From an uncultured Candidatus Entotheonella sp. (GTDB lineage: Bacteria; Tectomicrobia; Entotheonellia; Entotheonellales; Entotheonellaceae): a stretch of 64,000 nt of DNA. Within the stretch, counting starts at the first letter, position 1. Each line of letters begins with the position of its first letter. This document shows positions 33,828 to 44,542 of the stretch, piece after piece. The translations under genes were made by a program, and so were the position numbers. The DNA is taken from the NCBI GenBank assembly GCA_965217185.1, contig OZ244252.1:3072001-3136000 (forward strand), read 5' to 3'. The notes below the pieces were generated by a model. The model had not been told where the DNA came from. It searched no databases and was given only the letters and a program-made list of their open reading frames with translations.

Positions 33828-34481
33828 TCAGGTTTCTCCGCGACCGGGGTCTTCGCCGGGCCGAGGCGGCCCCGTGGGAGCCGACCGTACCAAGCCTTGG
33901 GCGATACGGTCCAACCATCTGAGGCCCGGCATGTCAGCGCGCCATGCCATCACCTCGCCGCGGGCCATGCCCACGCTTTGGAATTGTTCTTCCCTGCTGT
34001 GTACAAACACCGTCGTATCCGCGACCCGTGCCGCCCGGGCCGCGTTATCGAAGCTGCGATCGAAGCGCCGCTCCTGCACGTGCCGGGGGATATCATGCCC
34101 GCCCTTACTTACGCGGTCCTCAACACGTCTGCGACTCGTTTCGAGGGAATCCACGCCAACGAAGAACAGGTTGACCCTGAATCCCGCCTCTTTCGCCCCC
34201 TGCATCGTGCGGAGAATTTCGTTGCCGGAAAGGGTCGTTTCGCGGCTGAACGTCTGACCGCTGGCGATCAAGGCGCGAGTGCGTTCCAGGGTTTCCCGAC
34301 CGGCACGAGTGTGCCGCGTGGCGTCCGGTCCCGGCAGCGCAGCGGCAATCATGTCGGGGTTGACGGCTTCACCTAACGGGTAGCCCCTGGCCGCCAAGCC
34401 TTCCGTGTACGTGGACTTTCCCGCCCCGTTTGGCCCGCCAATGACGGTAAATACCGGGCGGCCTGGTCGCGCTCGCTCCAT
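33828..34481 (-). CDS. Zeta-toxin-like P-loop ATPase
   Basis: GGPNGAGKST, VNPD, ETTLSG, RVSKGGHDIP. Confidence 0.88.
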   Translation of the reverse strand: MERARPGRPVFTVIGGPNGAGKSTYTEGLAARGYPLGEAVNPDMIAAALPGPDATRHTRAGRETLERTRALIASGQTFSRETTLSGNEILRTMQGAKEAGFRVNLFFVGVDSLETSRRRVEDRVSKGGHDIPRHVQERRFDRSFDNAARAARVADTTVFVHSREEQFQSVGMARGEVMAWRADMPGLRWLDRIAQGLVRSAPTGPPRPGEDPGRGET

Positions 34482-34666
34482 TACTCGCCATCGACCTGCG
34501 TAACCCGCCCGTCAGGGTGTTTCAGCATCGTTACGCCGTCACGCTCGATGATAAGCGGCTTGCCGCGGCTGAAGTGCTCCTGCCGCAGTTGTTCTCCCAG
34601 TTCTTCGCCCATCGCGTCCAGGTCCTCGATGAACGCCTTTTCTTCCGGTGTCCGTAGATCCTGCAT
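34481..34666 (-). CDS. Small putative antitoxin partner of the zeta-like protein
   Basis: 61 aa; stop overlaps the toxin start; G.P....DG....HPDG pattern. Confidence 0.6.
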   Translation of the reverse strand: MQDLRTPEEKAFIEDLDAMGEELGEQLRQEHFSRGKPLIIERDGVTMLKHPDGRVTQVDGE

Positions 34667-34707
34667 ATCTTGATCCTCTTGCAAGGGGGTTATTGCGAAG
34701 CCGGGTT

Positions 34708-34860
34708 CTAGGCGATCGTCGGCATTTGCCGACTGTGGAACAGCATGTCCAGGGACTCGGCCAGCAGGTTCTGGATCGACATGTCCTCGCCGGCGGCGAT
34801 GATGCGGAGCTGCCTGGAGACCTCTGGTGTGAAGTAGCCGCCAATGTGCTTGGCGTGGTT
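34708..34860 (-). pseudogene. Ribbon-helix-helix (ParG-like) protein, 5' end lost or interrupted at the intron junction
   Basis: KHIGGYFTPEVSRQLRIIAAGEDMSIQNLLAESLDMLF. Confidence 0.65.
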
Positions 34861-35324
34861 GTAGAGTCGGCGACTGACGCGGTAGCGGTAGGCGGATGGG
34901 GGTAGCTGTTCCCGGCAGCTTTCGCAATGCCGGTGCCTCACTCCCCGCCATGGCTCCGTTTCCAGTCGCCGCTCTCCGAACCGGACAGGCGGCTCTCCCG
35001 CATCCGGCTCTCCAGTGGGATCATGCGTTTCGCACACGGAACACCCTGGCAACCGCGGGCAGCAGGTAATCGGACTTGCGGGAGCGGCACAGCTTCCGCC
35101 CTGCGGCGCGCGGTGCGTTCAGTGGGTCGTCGAGCCTGTTGACGCCTCGACGACCCCGCGCCTTGAAAGGGCGCGGTTCCTTCACTTGGGCATGTGATGC
35201 TGCCGGGTTTTCTGGTCATCATTCGGGGTAATAGGCATGGCCACTCCCGTGACCCTTCTCCCTTTGGGCATCGCTCCTCACCTGAGGCTCCTTTCCTCCG
35301 CCGGCATTACCCGGCATCCCTGGT

Positions 35325-37349
35325 GTCGGGTCGGAGGAGGCGCCCCATGGGGCTGGCCTCCGTCCGCCGCTCAAACGGCCCGTACGGTTTTCCCGTAAGC
35401 CGCTTTCACAAAGGTGTCGCACGAGGGTTCAAGGAAGGAACCAGCGAGATCAAGCGTACAAGCCCGTATTCGACGATAAGCCTGCGCTCCGGCAGGTCTC
35501 TCCACCCGCCGTTGCGCCATCGCTTGCGGCGATGCGACCAAATGCGCCGCACGATCCAGCCGTCAAGCTGAAGGAAGAGCCGGCGGACATGGGCCTTGCA
35601 GTAGTACTGGCCCCAACCTCGAATGACCGGGTTGATCTGGCCGATCAACTCCTGCGTACTGACTGGAGCCTTTCGACGGGTGCGCTTACGGATCTGGTCC
35701 TTGAAGTGCCGAATGGATCTCTCACGCGGAACCGCATAGCGCGTTCCCCCGTGAATCCCGCTCCTGATCTGCGAGGCTCGCAACCTGAGAGGCCGCTGGC
35801 CTTGCTTGATCTTGTAGCCGAGAAACTCAAACCCGTTTCTGACATGCACAATCCGGGTTTTCTCGGTGTGCAGGGTCACACCCAGCTTGGCCAGTATCCG
35901 CTTGGCCACGTCCAGTGCCGCACGGGCTTCCCCGCGGTTGCGGCACGTCAGCAGCCAGTCGTCGGCATACCGGGTCAGCCGATAGCCACGACGACGCATC
36001 TCCCAATCAAACGGGGTCAGCAAGATATTACTGAGCAGAGAGGAAACAACCCCGCCCTGAGGCGTGCCCTGTTCGGTCGGAAGCTTTCTGCCGTCAACTA
36101 CCACTCCGGCCCTGAGTATCTGCCGAAGCAGGCCCAGGACGCGACCGTCCGAAACTCGCTGGTTAACGAGCACAAGGAGCTTTTCGTGGTCCACGGACCC
36201 GAAAAAGTCTGACAGGTCCGCATCAACTACCCATTCAAACCCCTCGTCCAGTTCCCGCCATATCTTGCGCAGTGCTCCGTGGGCGGACCTCCCCCGCCGG
36301 TAGCCGTAGTTGGCATCATCGAATACCGGCTCGAAGATCGGCTCCAGTCGGTTCAGCAACGCCTGCTGGCATACCCGGTCATAGATCGTCGGGATACCCA
36401 GAGGACGAAACTTCCCCGGCTGGCCCGCCTTGGGAATCAGGCGTTGGAGAACCGGCTGCGGCACATAATCCCCGTCCCGCAACTCCCGGTGCAGACGGTC
36501 AAGGTTCGCATCAAGCGATGCCTCGAACGCCACCAAGTCTTCCCCATCCACGCCACCGGCACCCCGGTTGCGCTTCACCTTCTCCCAGGCCACCTCCAGA
36601 TTCTTCCGCTTGTACACCTTGTCCACCAGTGAGTGGACCTTCCTGTCACCCGTCGGGTTGAGCCAGTCAACAAGTCTCCTCGGTCCGTGACGTCCGGGTC
36701 TTTCGCTCAGGGAACTTATCCGCGTCATAGCCCTTACTCGCTTATTGCCTGTCTCGTACCGGCCACCTCTGCCAACCGCCTTCCCCGGCCCACCCGGCCG
36801 CCGCTTGCGCGGTCACCCGGCTTTCGCCGGGCTTCAGGTACTATTCGGTTGTCCGATTGCTCGCCGTGCATCCTTTCCCACTTCGCCTCTCGGCTTATAG
36901 GGTCCGTTATCCCGGCGCCACCCGGAAACACGTCGAGCCCTCCTGGGGTCACGTCCAGATCTTCCGTACCGTGCCGTTCGCAAACACCCTGGTGCGACGG
37001 GTGGGTAAGAACGCCTTCGCCGTCATAATGCCGGCTCGACCTTGCCCCGTCTTTGGCCGACCGATTCATCGTGGGGCAGCCCCCTTGATTACGGCCCGGT
37101 ACTTCTCCGCAAGCCCTTCGGATTCCACCTCGCGGTGGACACCCTGCCCTCCGGTTTGTCTCTCGACAGCGAGCCGACTTAGCTCCACCCTTGGCTGTTT
37201 CCGCCGTTTCCGGCTTTGTGCCCGTTTAGGGTCTCGCTTATCAACTCACCCCGGCCAGTGAGGCATTACCCCCACTTTTGGATATGACGCCCCTTACCCG
37301 GGCGTCAGTGGGACTTGAACCCACCTGATCTGGGCGCTGCCCAGCACAC
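35325..37349 (-). mobile_element. RT-encoding group II intron nested inside the ORF-less intron
   Basis: 5' GTGTGC at 37349; own domain V aagcggcttacgggaaaaccgtacgggccgttt; 3' end CCCGAC at 35325. Its removal restores gcttgtaat|accaggg. Confidence 0.88.
35406..36728 (-). CDS. ltrA: Group II intron reverse transcriptase/maturase without endonuclease domain
   Basis: GAGGVDG, RPLGIPT..DR, GTPQGG, RYADD, FEFLGY, INPVIRGW.YY. Confidence 0.95.
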   Translation of the reverse strand: MTRISSLSERPGRHGPRRLVDWLNPTGDRKVHSLVDKVYKRKNLEVAWEKVKRNRGAGGVDGEDLVAFEASLDANLDRLHRELRDGDYVPQPVLQRLIPKAGQPGKFRPLGIPTIYDRVCQQALLNRLEPIFEPVFDDANYGYRRGRSAHGALRKIWRELDEGFEWVVDADLSDFFGSVDHEKLLVLVNQRVSDGRVLGLLRQILRAGVVVDGRKLPTEQGTPQGGVVSSLLSNILLTPFDWEMRRRGYRLTRYADDWLLTCRNRGEARAALDVAKRILAKLGVTLHTEKTRIVHVRNGFEFLGYKIKQGQRPLRLRASQIRSGIHGGTRYAVPRERSIRHFKDQIRKRTRRKAPVSTQELIGQINPVIRGWGQYYCKAHVRRLFLQLDGWIVRRIWSHRRKRWRNGGWRDLPERRLIVEYGLVRLISLVPSLNPRATPL

Positions 37350-37767
37350 ATTACAAGCCTCTCCGCCACCCTGAGCGGCCCGACCTGGCCCTCACGGGCT
37401 GTCGGTTGGCGCGTGCCACGCCACCGGACAGGGCTTCCCGTGTTGCGTCCACTCTCCTCTTCCATGCGTGCTGCCGCCAATACCCCGGCGGAACCCGTCG
37501 GTGCGTGTGTCGCTCGCTTCCCAACGGGTATCAGCCTTCCCCGTTATCCGGGCGGGTCGGCTTCCGCATTACACGTTTCGAGGCCTGCTCGGCGTTCACT
37601 GGTGTTGCGGCCCGCATGGTCGCTAAGCCGCCCTTGGCGGCCCGTTGCATCGGAGTGCTTCAGACGATGTCGTTACCTCCATCATCCGCTCCGACTGCTA
37701 CCGGCTGGAGCGACAGTTGCCGGACGGGATTCGCACCCGCTGAAGAATGGCGCCTTCCACGGCGCAC

Positions 37768-37792
37768 CGGATAACCCCGCGTTATGTTAACC
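37768..37792 (+). other. dif-like site D (right part; first 4 bp GGTT at 34857-34860)
   Basis: Intron removal gives GGTTCGGATAA-CCCCGCG-TTATGTTAACC, 25/29 identical to site A. Confidence 0.7.
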
Positions 37793-38362
37793 ACTCGCAG
37801 CGTGGCATCATGAAAACCCTCTTCCTATTTCACAAGCGTCACATGCTACCCATCGTCGCCGAATATGAACTCCTGCACCGAAATCTTGCCTTCTTCCCAC
37901 AAACCGTTTTCTTTTAACGCAGAGTACCAGGCCAGGAGCGCTCTTTGCATGTCTTCTAGTGATGCTCCGTAGACGGGTCTCATGTGTTCAATCCAAAGTT
38001 CAACCTCTCTCGCTGTGGCCGTTCGGTGTTGGGCAAATGACGCTGCAATCCTGACCAAAGTTCCCGCTAAATTCTCATCAATTACATCTTCCGGTTCACT
38101 CCAGTGAGCATTCCCCAAACAGTCGGTATACAGGCTGATTTGTTTGACTTGATCCAGGATTGCTGTGTGCTCCGCCGAAGGATCTGCTGCCGGTTGAAGG
38201 GAAATCAAATGTCTTGCACCTTGTTGGATGAGATCCGGCAATATCCACATGGCATTCTTGTGCCGATGCGACCTGTAATTCTTCCATGCGTCGCGAAGCA
38301 CATTGTCGTTCGGCGATCCCGAGATTTGGCGTAGGATGGCGACCTTCCCGCTTTCTTCAATA

Positions 38363-39650
38363 GGGCATCTCTAATAATACCCATCTCCCACGTGGTTTAG
38401 AATCACTGAAACACGTCAACCAACAAGGCCGGAGGAGTGCAACATGGCTCAGATGGGCTTTTTCGATATCGAGAATCGCTACGCCGCTCTGGACGCCAAA
38501 AACGATCCCCTGGTGAAGGTCAACGCTGCCGTTCCGTGGGAAGCGTTCCGCAGCCGCCTGGAGAGAGTCTGGCGCAAGCCAGCCGACAAGCGCAAGTCCA
38601 ATGCGGGGTGCAAGCCGTGGGATGCCATCGTCATGTTCAAGGCCATCATTTTGTGCGCCCTCTACAATCTGTCGGACGACCAGGTCGAGTATCAGATGCG
38701 CGACCGCCTGTCCTTTGTGCGCTTCTTGGCCTTGACACTCGAAGACAAGGTGCCCGATGCCAAGACGGTGTGGCTCTACCGCGAACAGTTGTCACAGGCC
38801 GGCCTCATCGATGCCTTGTTCGAGGATTTCGACGGCTACCTGAAAAGCCAGGGCTACCAGGCAATGGGTGGCCAGATCATCGATGCTTCGATTGTCGCGG
38901 TTCCCATGCAACGCAATCGTCGTGACGACAATGAGCAGATCAAACGGGGTGAGACACCTGAGGCCTGGGCCGACAAGCCAGCCAAGCGTCGACAAAAGGA
39001 CAGGGATGCGCGCTGGACGAAGAAGCACGGCAAGAGCCACTATGGCTACAAGAATCACGTCACCATCGACCGTCGGCACAAGCTGATACGGCGTTACCGG
39101 GTGACGGATGCGGCGGTGCACGACAGCCAAGTGATTGAGGAGTTGCTTACGTCGGACAACACGGCAAGCGGTGTCTGGGCGGACAGCGCCTAGCGGTCGA
39201 AAGCCATTGAAGCGACGCTGAAGGCCAGGGGTTTGAGGAGTCGGATTCATCGCAAGGGCTATCGCAACCGTCCGTTGCGTGATTGGGAGAAAGCAGGCAA
39301 CCAGAGCCGTTCACGGTTTCGGGTACGGGTAGAGCATGTCTTCGGGGCGCAGCAAAACGACATGGGCGGGACGTTGGTTCGCAGCATCGGGCTTGTACGG
39401 GCGAGGGCGCGGATAGGTCTTAAGAACCTTGCCTACAACATGCGTCGCCTGATTCAATTACAACGCCTTGCGAGCGCCAGTTGAGCGCCAACGGTGCGGA
39501 AGGGTGCACCGGAGGCCCTCATTGGAAGGCGAATCCTCCTTGCTGGGAGGCAGTCCCCCTGGACAGCCGAGTTCATTTTCTCACCGACATGCCAGCGAAT
39601 TGCCACTCTCGCCATCTATGACTATCCACGAGGCATTTTTCGAGATGCCC
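38363..39650 (+). mobile_element. IS5-family element (1288 bp)
   Basis: Terminal IR GGGCATCTC; 4-bp target duplication AATA at 38359-38362 and 39651-39654. Confidence 0.92.
38444..39484 (+). pseudogene. IS5 transposase with in-frame TAG at 39191-39193
   Basis: ADSA*RS replaces ADSAYRS; the frame continues to RVRVEHVFG. Confidence 0.88.
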
Positions 39651-39842
39651 AATAGATAAAATGGCTAGGGCAGTCGCTGATGGGTAACGTGCTGTTTCGA
39701 GTAGTAACTTGGCGTCTTCAGCCAGGCGACGCGCATTGCGGCGCGCAGCATTTATTCCCTGGGCAATCTGTGCAGCATCAAGACTGCCGGCGTACTGCGA
39801 CAACTTCTTTCGTGACATCGGTGCATCTCCGGTCAATTCTCA

Positions 39843-39870
39843 ACTTCGCATCAGGGAGGTTATGTTGCCT
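39843..39870 (+). other. dif-like site E
   Basis: ACTTCGCATCA-GGGAGG-TTATGTTGCCT. Confidence 0.6.
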
Positions 39871-40414
39871 TTGGATTCGCATTGATACCCATTGTGTAAC
39901 GAGAGGCGCCGCCGCCTTCGCTCTTAAATCTCCAAGACGGGCGCTTTAGGGTGCAGTACGTTGGCGCTTGTCCCTCGACTTTCTCCCATTCTTGGTAGTC
40001 AGGATGTTTTGGATTGCCTTTTACGTCACCATTGCGCGTCACAATAAAGGGCGAAAATTGGGGCAGAACAACACGGTATCGCTTTCGCTGTCTTCGGGTA
40101 CGAGCATTGATCGCCCTCACGACTTCCTCAGTATCTCTACTCTTATAATCTACCTTCCCTTTCTGATGACCTCCTATCTGACCGCCATATACCGGCGGAA
40201 AGGCAAGGTAGGCTTCAAAGGCCTTCATGACTCTGGCATCGTATTGACTTGGATCTTTTTTCGCCAAAGCGGCAAGTGTAGCGGCACCTGCAACACGAGC
40301 AGCGTATGGTCCATGCATGTCAAGCAATTCCGATCCTATCCTGTAGCGATCTTGTTTGAAGTTTTCGTCTGCCGTTTTGCATCTCCAATAGGCAAATATA
40401 ATCCCCACTAATCC
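39860..40414 (-). pseudogene. Hypothetical protein 5'-truncated by IS; stop lies in the XerD arm of site E
   Basis: ORF runs into the IS end at 40415; TAA at 39860-39862. Confidence 0.5.
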
Positions 40415-41910
40415 GAGCCACTTGCAAAACTCCGCTAGTTTGGCCTCGGAGCGGTTGTCATGAGACCGTACGGTGAATCATTTGCCGTCGGTGGTTCCAA
40501 TTGCCACGAATTCAGCCATGGCGGTGCCGAGTTCCGGCTCCCGTCTTGCGATGCGGACGCAACTCTCCCCCCTGCGTACAGGACAGCAGCGCGTGCCGGG
40601 ATGGAGGAAACGGGGCCGCGAGACCAGCTTCAGGTCACCAAGCGCATCAACTGATCAACCGTGAGCGCCACAATCCCGAACATCAGATGACACAGCACCT
40701 TGGCATGGCCGCGCACGCGCACGCTGCGACCTCCGAATTCATCCTTGAGGCGACCATTGACGCGCTCGACGGTCGAGCGTTCGTGGTAACGTCTCTCCTC
40801 AGACAGGACCAACCCACAGGCACGCCGTGCCTGCCTCTCCTGCCGCAGCGCCTGCTTGCGCGCGCCGCTGCGGGGGTTGACGTCGATGATCGCAACATGA
40901 CCCAGGGCGCGGCTGTGGGCGCGGATTTCCGGGGCATCGTAGGCGCTGTCCATCAGGTCATACAGGTTGCGGACTCGCTCCGCCGTCAGGGTCGCCAGCG
41001 GGATGGCGACTTGGCTGTCGTGCAGCGACGCCGAGGTAAGCAGGCAACTGACCGGGATGGCGCCGTCGGCCGCGTCAATATGCAACTTGTAGCCGCTCCA
41101 TGACGTCTGATAGCCCTTGGCGTCGCGCTTGACGCCAATGTCACAGGCGTACGGCAAGTCGGCGAGCATCTCCGGCAGGGTCATGTTGCGCTGGCGCTCC
41201 AGACGGCGCGGCTCCGTGGGGCGCTCCTCGCCCTTGCGCGGACGCCCGCGCCGCCGCTTCGGCTTGGCCGGCTGCGACGCCTTCGGGGTCGGTCTCTCGC
41301 GCCCTTCAATCGCCGTCGAATCGCGTGAAATATGGCCTGCCAGACGCTCACCCTGGGTGCGTTTGATCAGCGCCTCGTGCAGGTGGCTCGGCAAGGCGCT
41401 GTCGGCAAATTCGGCAAAGGCACGTGAAAACGTCGCCTCGCTCGGAATGTGCTTGACGCTACGCCAGCCGCACAACCGGCGCAGGGTGCTGTCGTGGCGC
41501 AGACGATCAAGCAACATCCGGGTGCTAACCAGCGCGAAGACGGCCTTGGCGATGAAGGCGCGGGCTAAGGCCGCGCGGTCGCTTGGCGGACAGCCGCGAC
41601 GCCGGTGCTGGTACGGCAGCAGCGTTTCCACCCGCACCCATTCGAGCACCATGACGAAGCGCTGATGGCGTTCCCCCAGCGCCCCGATCGTTTCCTCAAG
41701 CTGCGGGAACAGCAGCGCTTGAAAGCAAGACCAGTAACTCGATAGTATCTCACGTAAGGCCATTGGGGTCGTTCCTCCTGATTCGGTTGTTTGACAACTC
41801 AACAGAATCAGAAAGCGGCCCCAATGTCCACCAATCAGCCCCAGAGCCTGCCCCGCGCTTGACACGGAGAAAGAAAATCCCACTCGTACACGCAATTCTG
41901 CAAGTGGCTC
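40415..41910 (-). mobile_element. DDE insertion sequence (ISNCY/IS4-IS5-like), copy 1, 1496 bp
   Basis: IR GAGCCACTTGCA; near-identical inverted copy at 49438-50933. Confidence 0.92.
40630..41763 (-). CDS. DDE transposase
   Basis: SEATFSR, DSTAI, GYKLH, MDSAYD, RSTVERVN. Confidence 0.92.
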   Translation of the reverse strand: MALREILSSYWSCFQALLFPQLEETIGALGERHQRFVMVLEWVRVETLLPYQHRRRGCPPSDRAALARAFIAKAVFALVSTRMLLDRLRHDSTLRRLCGWRSVKHIPSEATFSRAFAEFADSALPSHLHEALIKRTQGERLAGHISRDSTAIEGRERPTPKASQPAKPKRRRGRPRKGEERPTEPRRLERQRNMTLPEMLADLPYACDIGVKRDAKGYQTSWSGYKLHIDAADGAIPVSCLLTSASLHDSQVAIPLATLTAERVRNLYDLMDSAYDAPEIRAHSRALGHVAIIDVNPRSGARKQALRQERQARRACGLVLSEERRYHERSTVERVNGRLKDEFGGRSVRVRGHAKVLCHLMFGIVALTVDQLMRLVT

Positions 41911-42281
41911 ATATGGGTATAATAATGGAATTCTATATCAGGCTCGTCGTTCCTATTTGTTTACTCGCTCTCGTTCAAACCCGTGTCCAGCGCCTCATTA
42001 TGAGGTACTTTAGTAATTTTCAATATGTGTTTTTTCTTTTGATATTTTTTGTTTTGTTCTTATCGAGTCTATACATAAGTGCACGCATACGCGTTGCAGA
42101 TATAAAGAAAGGGAACTCTGGAACAAATTTTGAAATTGAAACAGGGTCCCAAAATTTTACTCATGAGAATTCAACGTTTATTGGTGCAAACACGCGCTAT
42201 ATCTTTGTCCGTATTCAAAATGGCAGCGTAGAGATTATCCCCATAGGGAAGGCAGAGAGGATAGAAATTTCAGCACGATAA
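41911..42281 (+). pseudogene. AT-rich membrane protein fragment truncated by IS
   Basis: Hydrophobic ORF open from the IS boundary. Confidence 0.35.
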
Positions 42282-42548
42282 ATGAAAACAACCGTGGCGA
42301 TACAGGTAGACGTTACGGGCGTCTGGAGTGGTGAGGTTGGTGGGGACGCGGCAGGAATGGAATCGGGTCGGAAAGCGCGGATCTGAATGATCCCAGCCGG
42401 CAGATAGAAACGGCCTCCGAAGCCGGCCTGATGTGGGAACAATTCAGGGAGGGTACCTTCGACCTTTTTCAAGACATCCCCCGTTCTCCCGGAGATGCCC
42501 ACAAATGTGATGTTCAAAGCTAATACATGGCATCCAGGGGAGATCGAT

Positions 42549-42917
42549 TCATGTGGGAGTTGCCGCTCGGCTGAGCGTCTTGTAGACGGTGGGTCTCGAA
42601 ACAGCGAAGACCTCGGCCAGGTCGCCTATGGAATAGTCGCCGGTGGCGTGCATGCGGCAGAGTTCCCGCTGCTGCTTTTCGGAGAGCTTGGGCTGTTTGC
42701 CGCGCAACTTGCCCTTGCCCCGGGCGATGGCCATCCCTTCACGCGTCCGCATCCGAATGAGATCGGCCTCGAACTCGGCAAAGGTGGCTAGGATATTGAA
42801 GAATATCTTGCCCATCGGGTCGCTGGGGTCATGGATGTTTCGGCCCAGGGCGAGCTTCATCCCCTTGGCCTGCAGTTGATCAGCAATGTGCCGGGCATCG
42901 GGAACCGACCTCGCTAG
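42549..42917 (-). pseudogene. 3' half of a serine resolvase
   Basis: LARSVPDARH..AEFEADLIRMRTREG..HTH; begins at CTAG next to IS701 copy A. Confidence 0.88.
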
Positions 42918-44422
42918 TACTACAGTTGTAGCTTGGATGTTATCATGGTCTTTTTCCTGATTCCAAAGCGGAGGAGCCATGATGGCAACGCAACGTTTCG
43001 ACCCGACCGCCACCGAGGCTGAGTTGACGACTGTCACGGGCTGGCAAGCCTATCTCCATGAGGTGGCACAGTACCTGCGGCCCTCCTTTGCCCGGCGGCA
43101 ATCGTGGCAACGCGCCGTGGCCTATATTGAAGGTCTTCTCAGTAGCACGGAACGTAAGAACGCCTGGCAACTGGCAGAAGTCAACGGCGACGCCACGCCC
43201 TACGGCATCCAGCACCTGCTTGGACGCGCTTCGTGGCAGCCCGACCAACTCCGGGACGCCCTGTATGCCTACGTGGTGGCGCACCTCGGCGACCCCGACG
43301 CCGTGCTGGTGGTGGATGAGACGGGATTTTTGAAAAAAGGCGACCAGTCCGCCGGGGTAGCCAGGCAGTACAGCGGCACGGCAGGGAAAGTTGAGAACTG
43401 CCAGATAGGGGTGTTTTTGGCCTACGCCAGCCGCCTGGGCCAGACCCTTATGGATCGCGCCTTATACCTGCCGGCGTCGTGGACAAAGGACGCTGGGCGG
43501 CGCCAGCGGGCGGGCATTGCTGCGCAGACAGGCTTTGCCACCAAGCCTGAGTTGGCCCAAGCGATGCTGGGGCGTGCCTTTGCTTCGGGGGTGCCTGCGT
43601 CGTGGGTGGTGGGCGACAGTGTCTACGGCGACGCGCGTCGCTTGCGTTGGTGGTTGGAAGGTCAGGAAAAGGCGTATGTGTTGTCGGTGTCGGGCAAGGA
43701 ACGTGTCGAGTTGGAGGGGGGTCGTCAGGGCTCGGTGCAGTCGGTGCTGGCGGGGCTTGCTGAGGGTGCATGGCAACGGCTGAGCGCGGGTTTGGGCAGC
43801 AAGGGTCCGAGGCTTTACGATTGGCAGTGTGTGCGGCTGTCGGCGCCGGTGGTGGCGGCGGGCTGGTGCCGCTGCTTGCTGGTGCGGCGCAGCCTGAGAG
43901 CAGAGCGCAAGTTGACGCCCTATAGGGTGTACGCGCGGTGCGGGACGGACATGGCGACGCTGGTATCGGTGGCGGGCCGACGCTGGTGCATCGAGACGTG
44001 TTTTGAGTCGGCTAAGAATGACGTGGGTCTCGATGAGTACGAAGTTCGTAGTTGGACGGGCTGGTACCGTCACGTCACCTTGTCGATGTGGTCGTTGGCG
44101 TTGTTGAGTGCGGTGCGTGCGGCGGACGTGGTGGTGGTGGAAAAAAAACGCGCGTCGCTGAGCAGTCTGTTGGGCTTCAAAGCGTCGCGGGGCTTGGTGT
44201 GGTCGCCGCGTCAGGCGCGGGTCAGGCCGTTGGTTCGGTCGAGGGTCAGGTTCTGAGTGTGGCGGAGATACGACGTTTGCTCTGGCGTTTGGTGGTGCTG
44301 GTGTGGCATGGGGTCGGACACGTGTTGGCTTGGTGCAGGTGGCGGCGGCGCCATCAATGGCTAGCCCGGTGTTGTCATTACCAGCGACGCCAGACTCATG
44401 ATATGGAATTACAACTGTAGTA
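42918..44422 (+). mobile_element. IS701-family element, copy A
   Basis: IR TACTACAGTTGTA; flanks CTAG/CTAA. Confidence 0.9.
42979..44420 (+). CDS. IS701 transposase, probable -1 frameshift at A8 (44141-44148)
   Basis: VDETGFLKKG..SAGVARQYSGTAGKVENCQ; C-terminal LSVAEIRRL..WRRRHQ..HYQRR lies in the -1 frame. Confidence 0.88.
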
Positions 44423-44498
44423 CTAAGGGAAGCATCAAAAGGTGTCGCGCAATCAGACAGCGCCCGGCTCAGCAATCTGACTCGCTTTCGTTTCCTCT

Positions 44499-44526
44499 AC
44501 TTCCGATAAGCGGCATTCTGTTAACT
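44499..44526 (+). other. dif-like site F
   Basis: ACTTCCGATAA-GCGGCA-TTCTGTTAACT. Confidence 0.68.
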
Positions 44527-44542
44527 TTGCCCTTGCTGCCGA

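Larger units (their letters stand above)
34861..37767 (-). mobile_element. ORF-less group II intron (~880 nt after removing the nested intron), inserted in dif-like site D
   Basis: 5' GTGCGCC at 37767; domain V gagagccggatgcgggagagccgcctgtccggttcgg; 3' end ACTCTAC at 34861; EBS1 CGGATAA at 37544-37550. Confidence 0.88.
37846..39818 (-). pseudogene. abiV: AbiV-family abortive infection (HEPN) protein disrupted by IS5
   Basis: ..NARRLAEDAKLLL..ALAILSI|EESGK..YRSHRHK..KQISLYTD rejoins when the IS is removed. Confidence 0.85.

Noticed and set aside
35406..36728. RT as a retron, DGR or CRISPR-associated RT
   Set aside because: It has a maturase X domain and sits within complete group II intron boundaries.
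33117..44526. Classical integron with attC sites
   Set aside because: No intI and no RYYYAAC..GTTRRRY hairpins were seen; the boundaries are dif-like instead.
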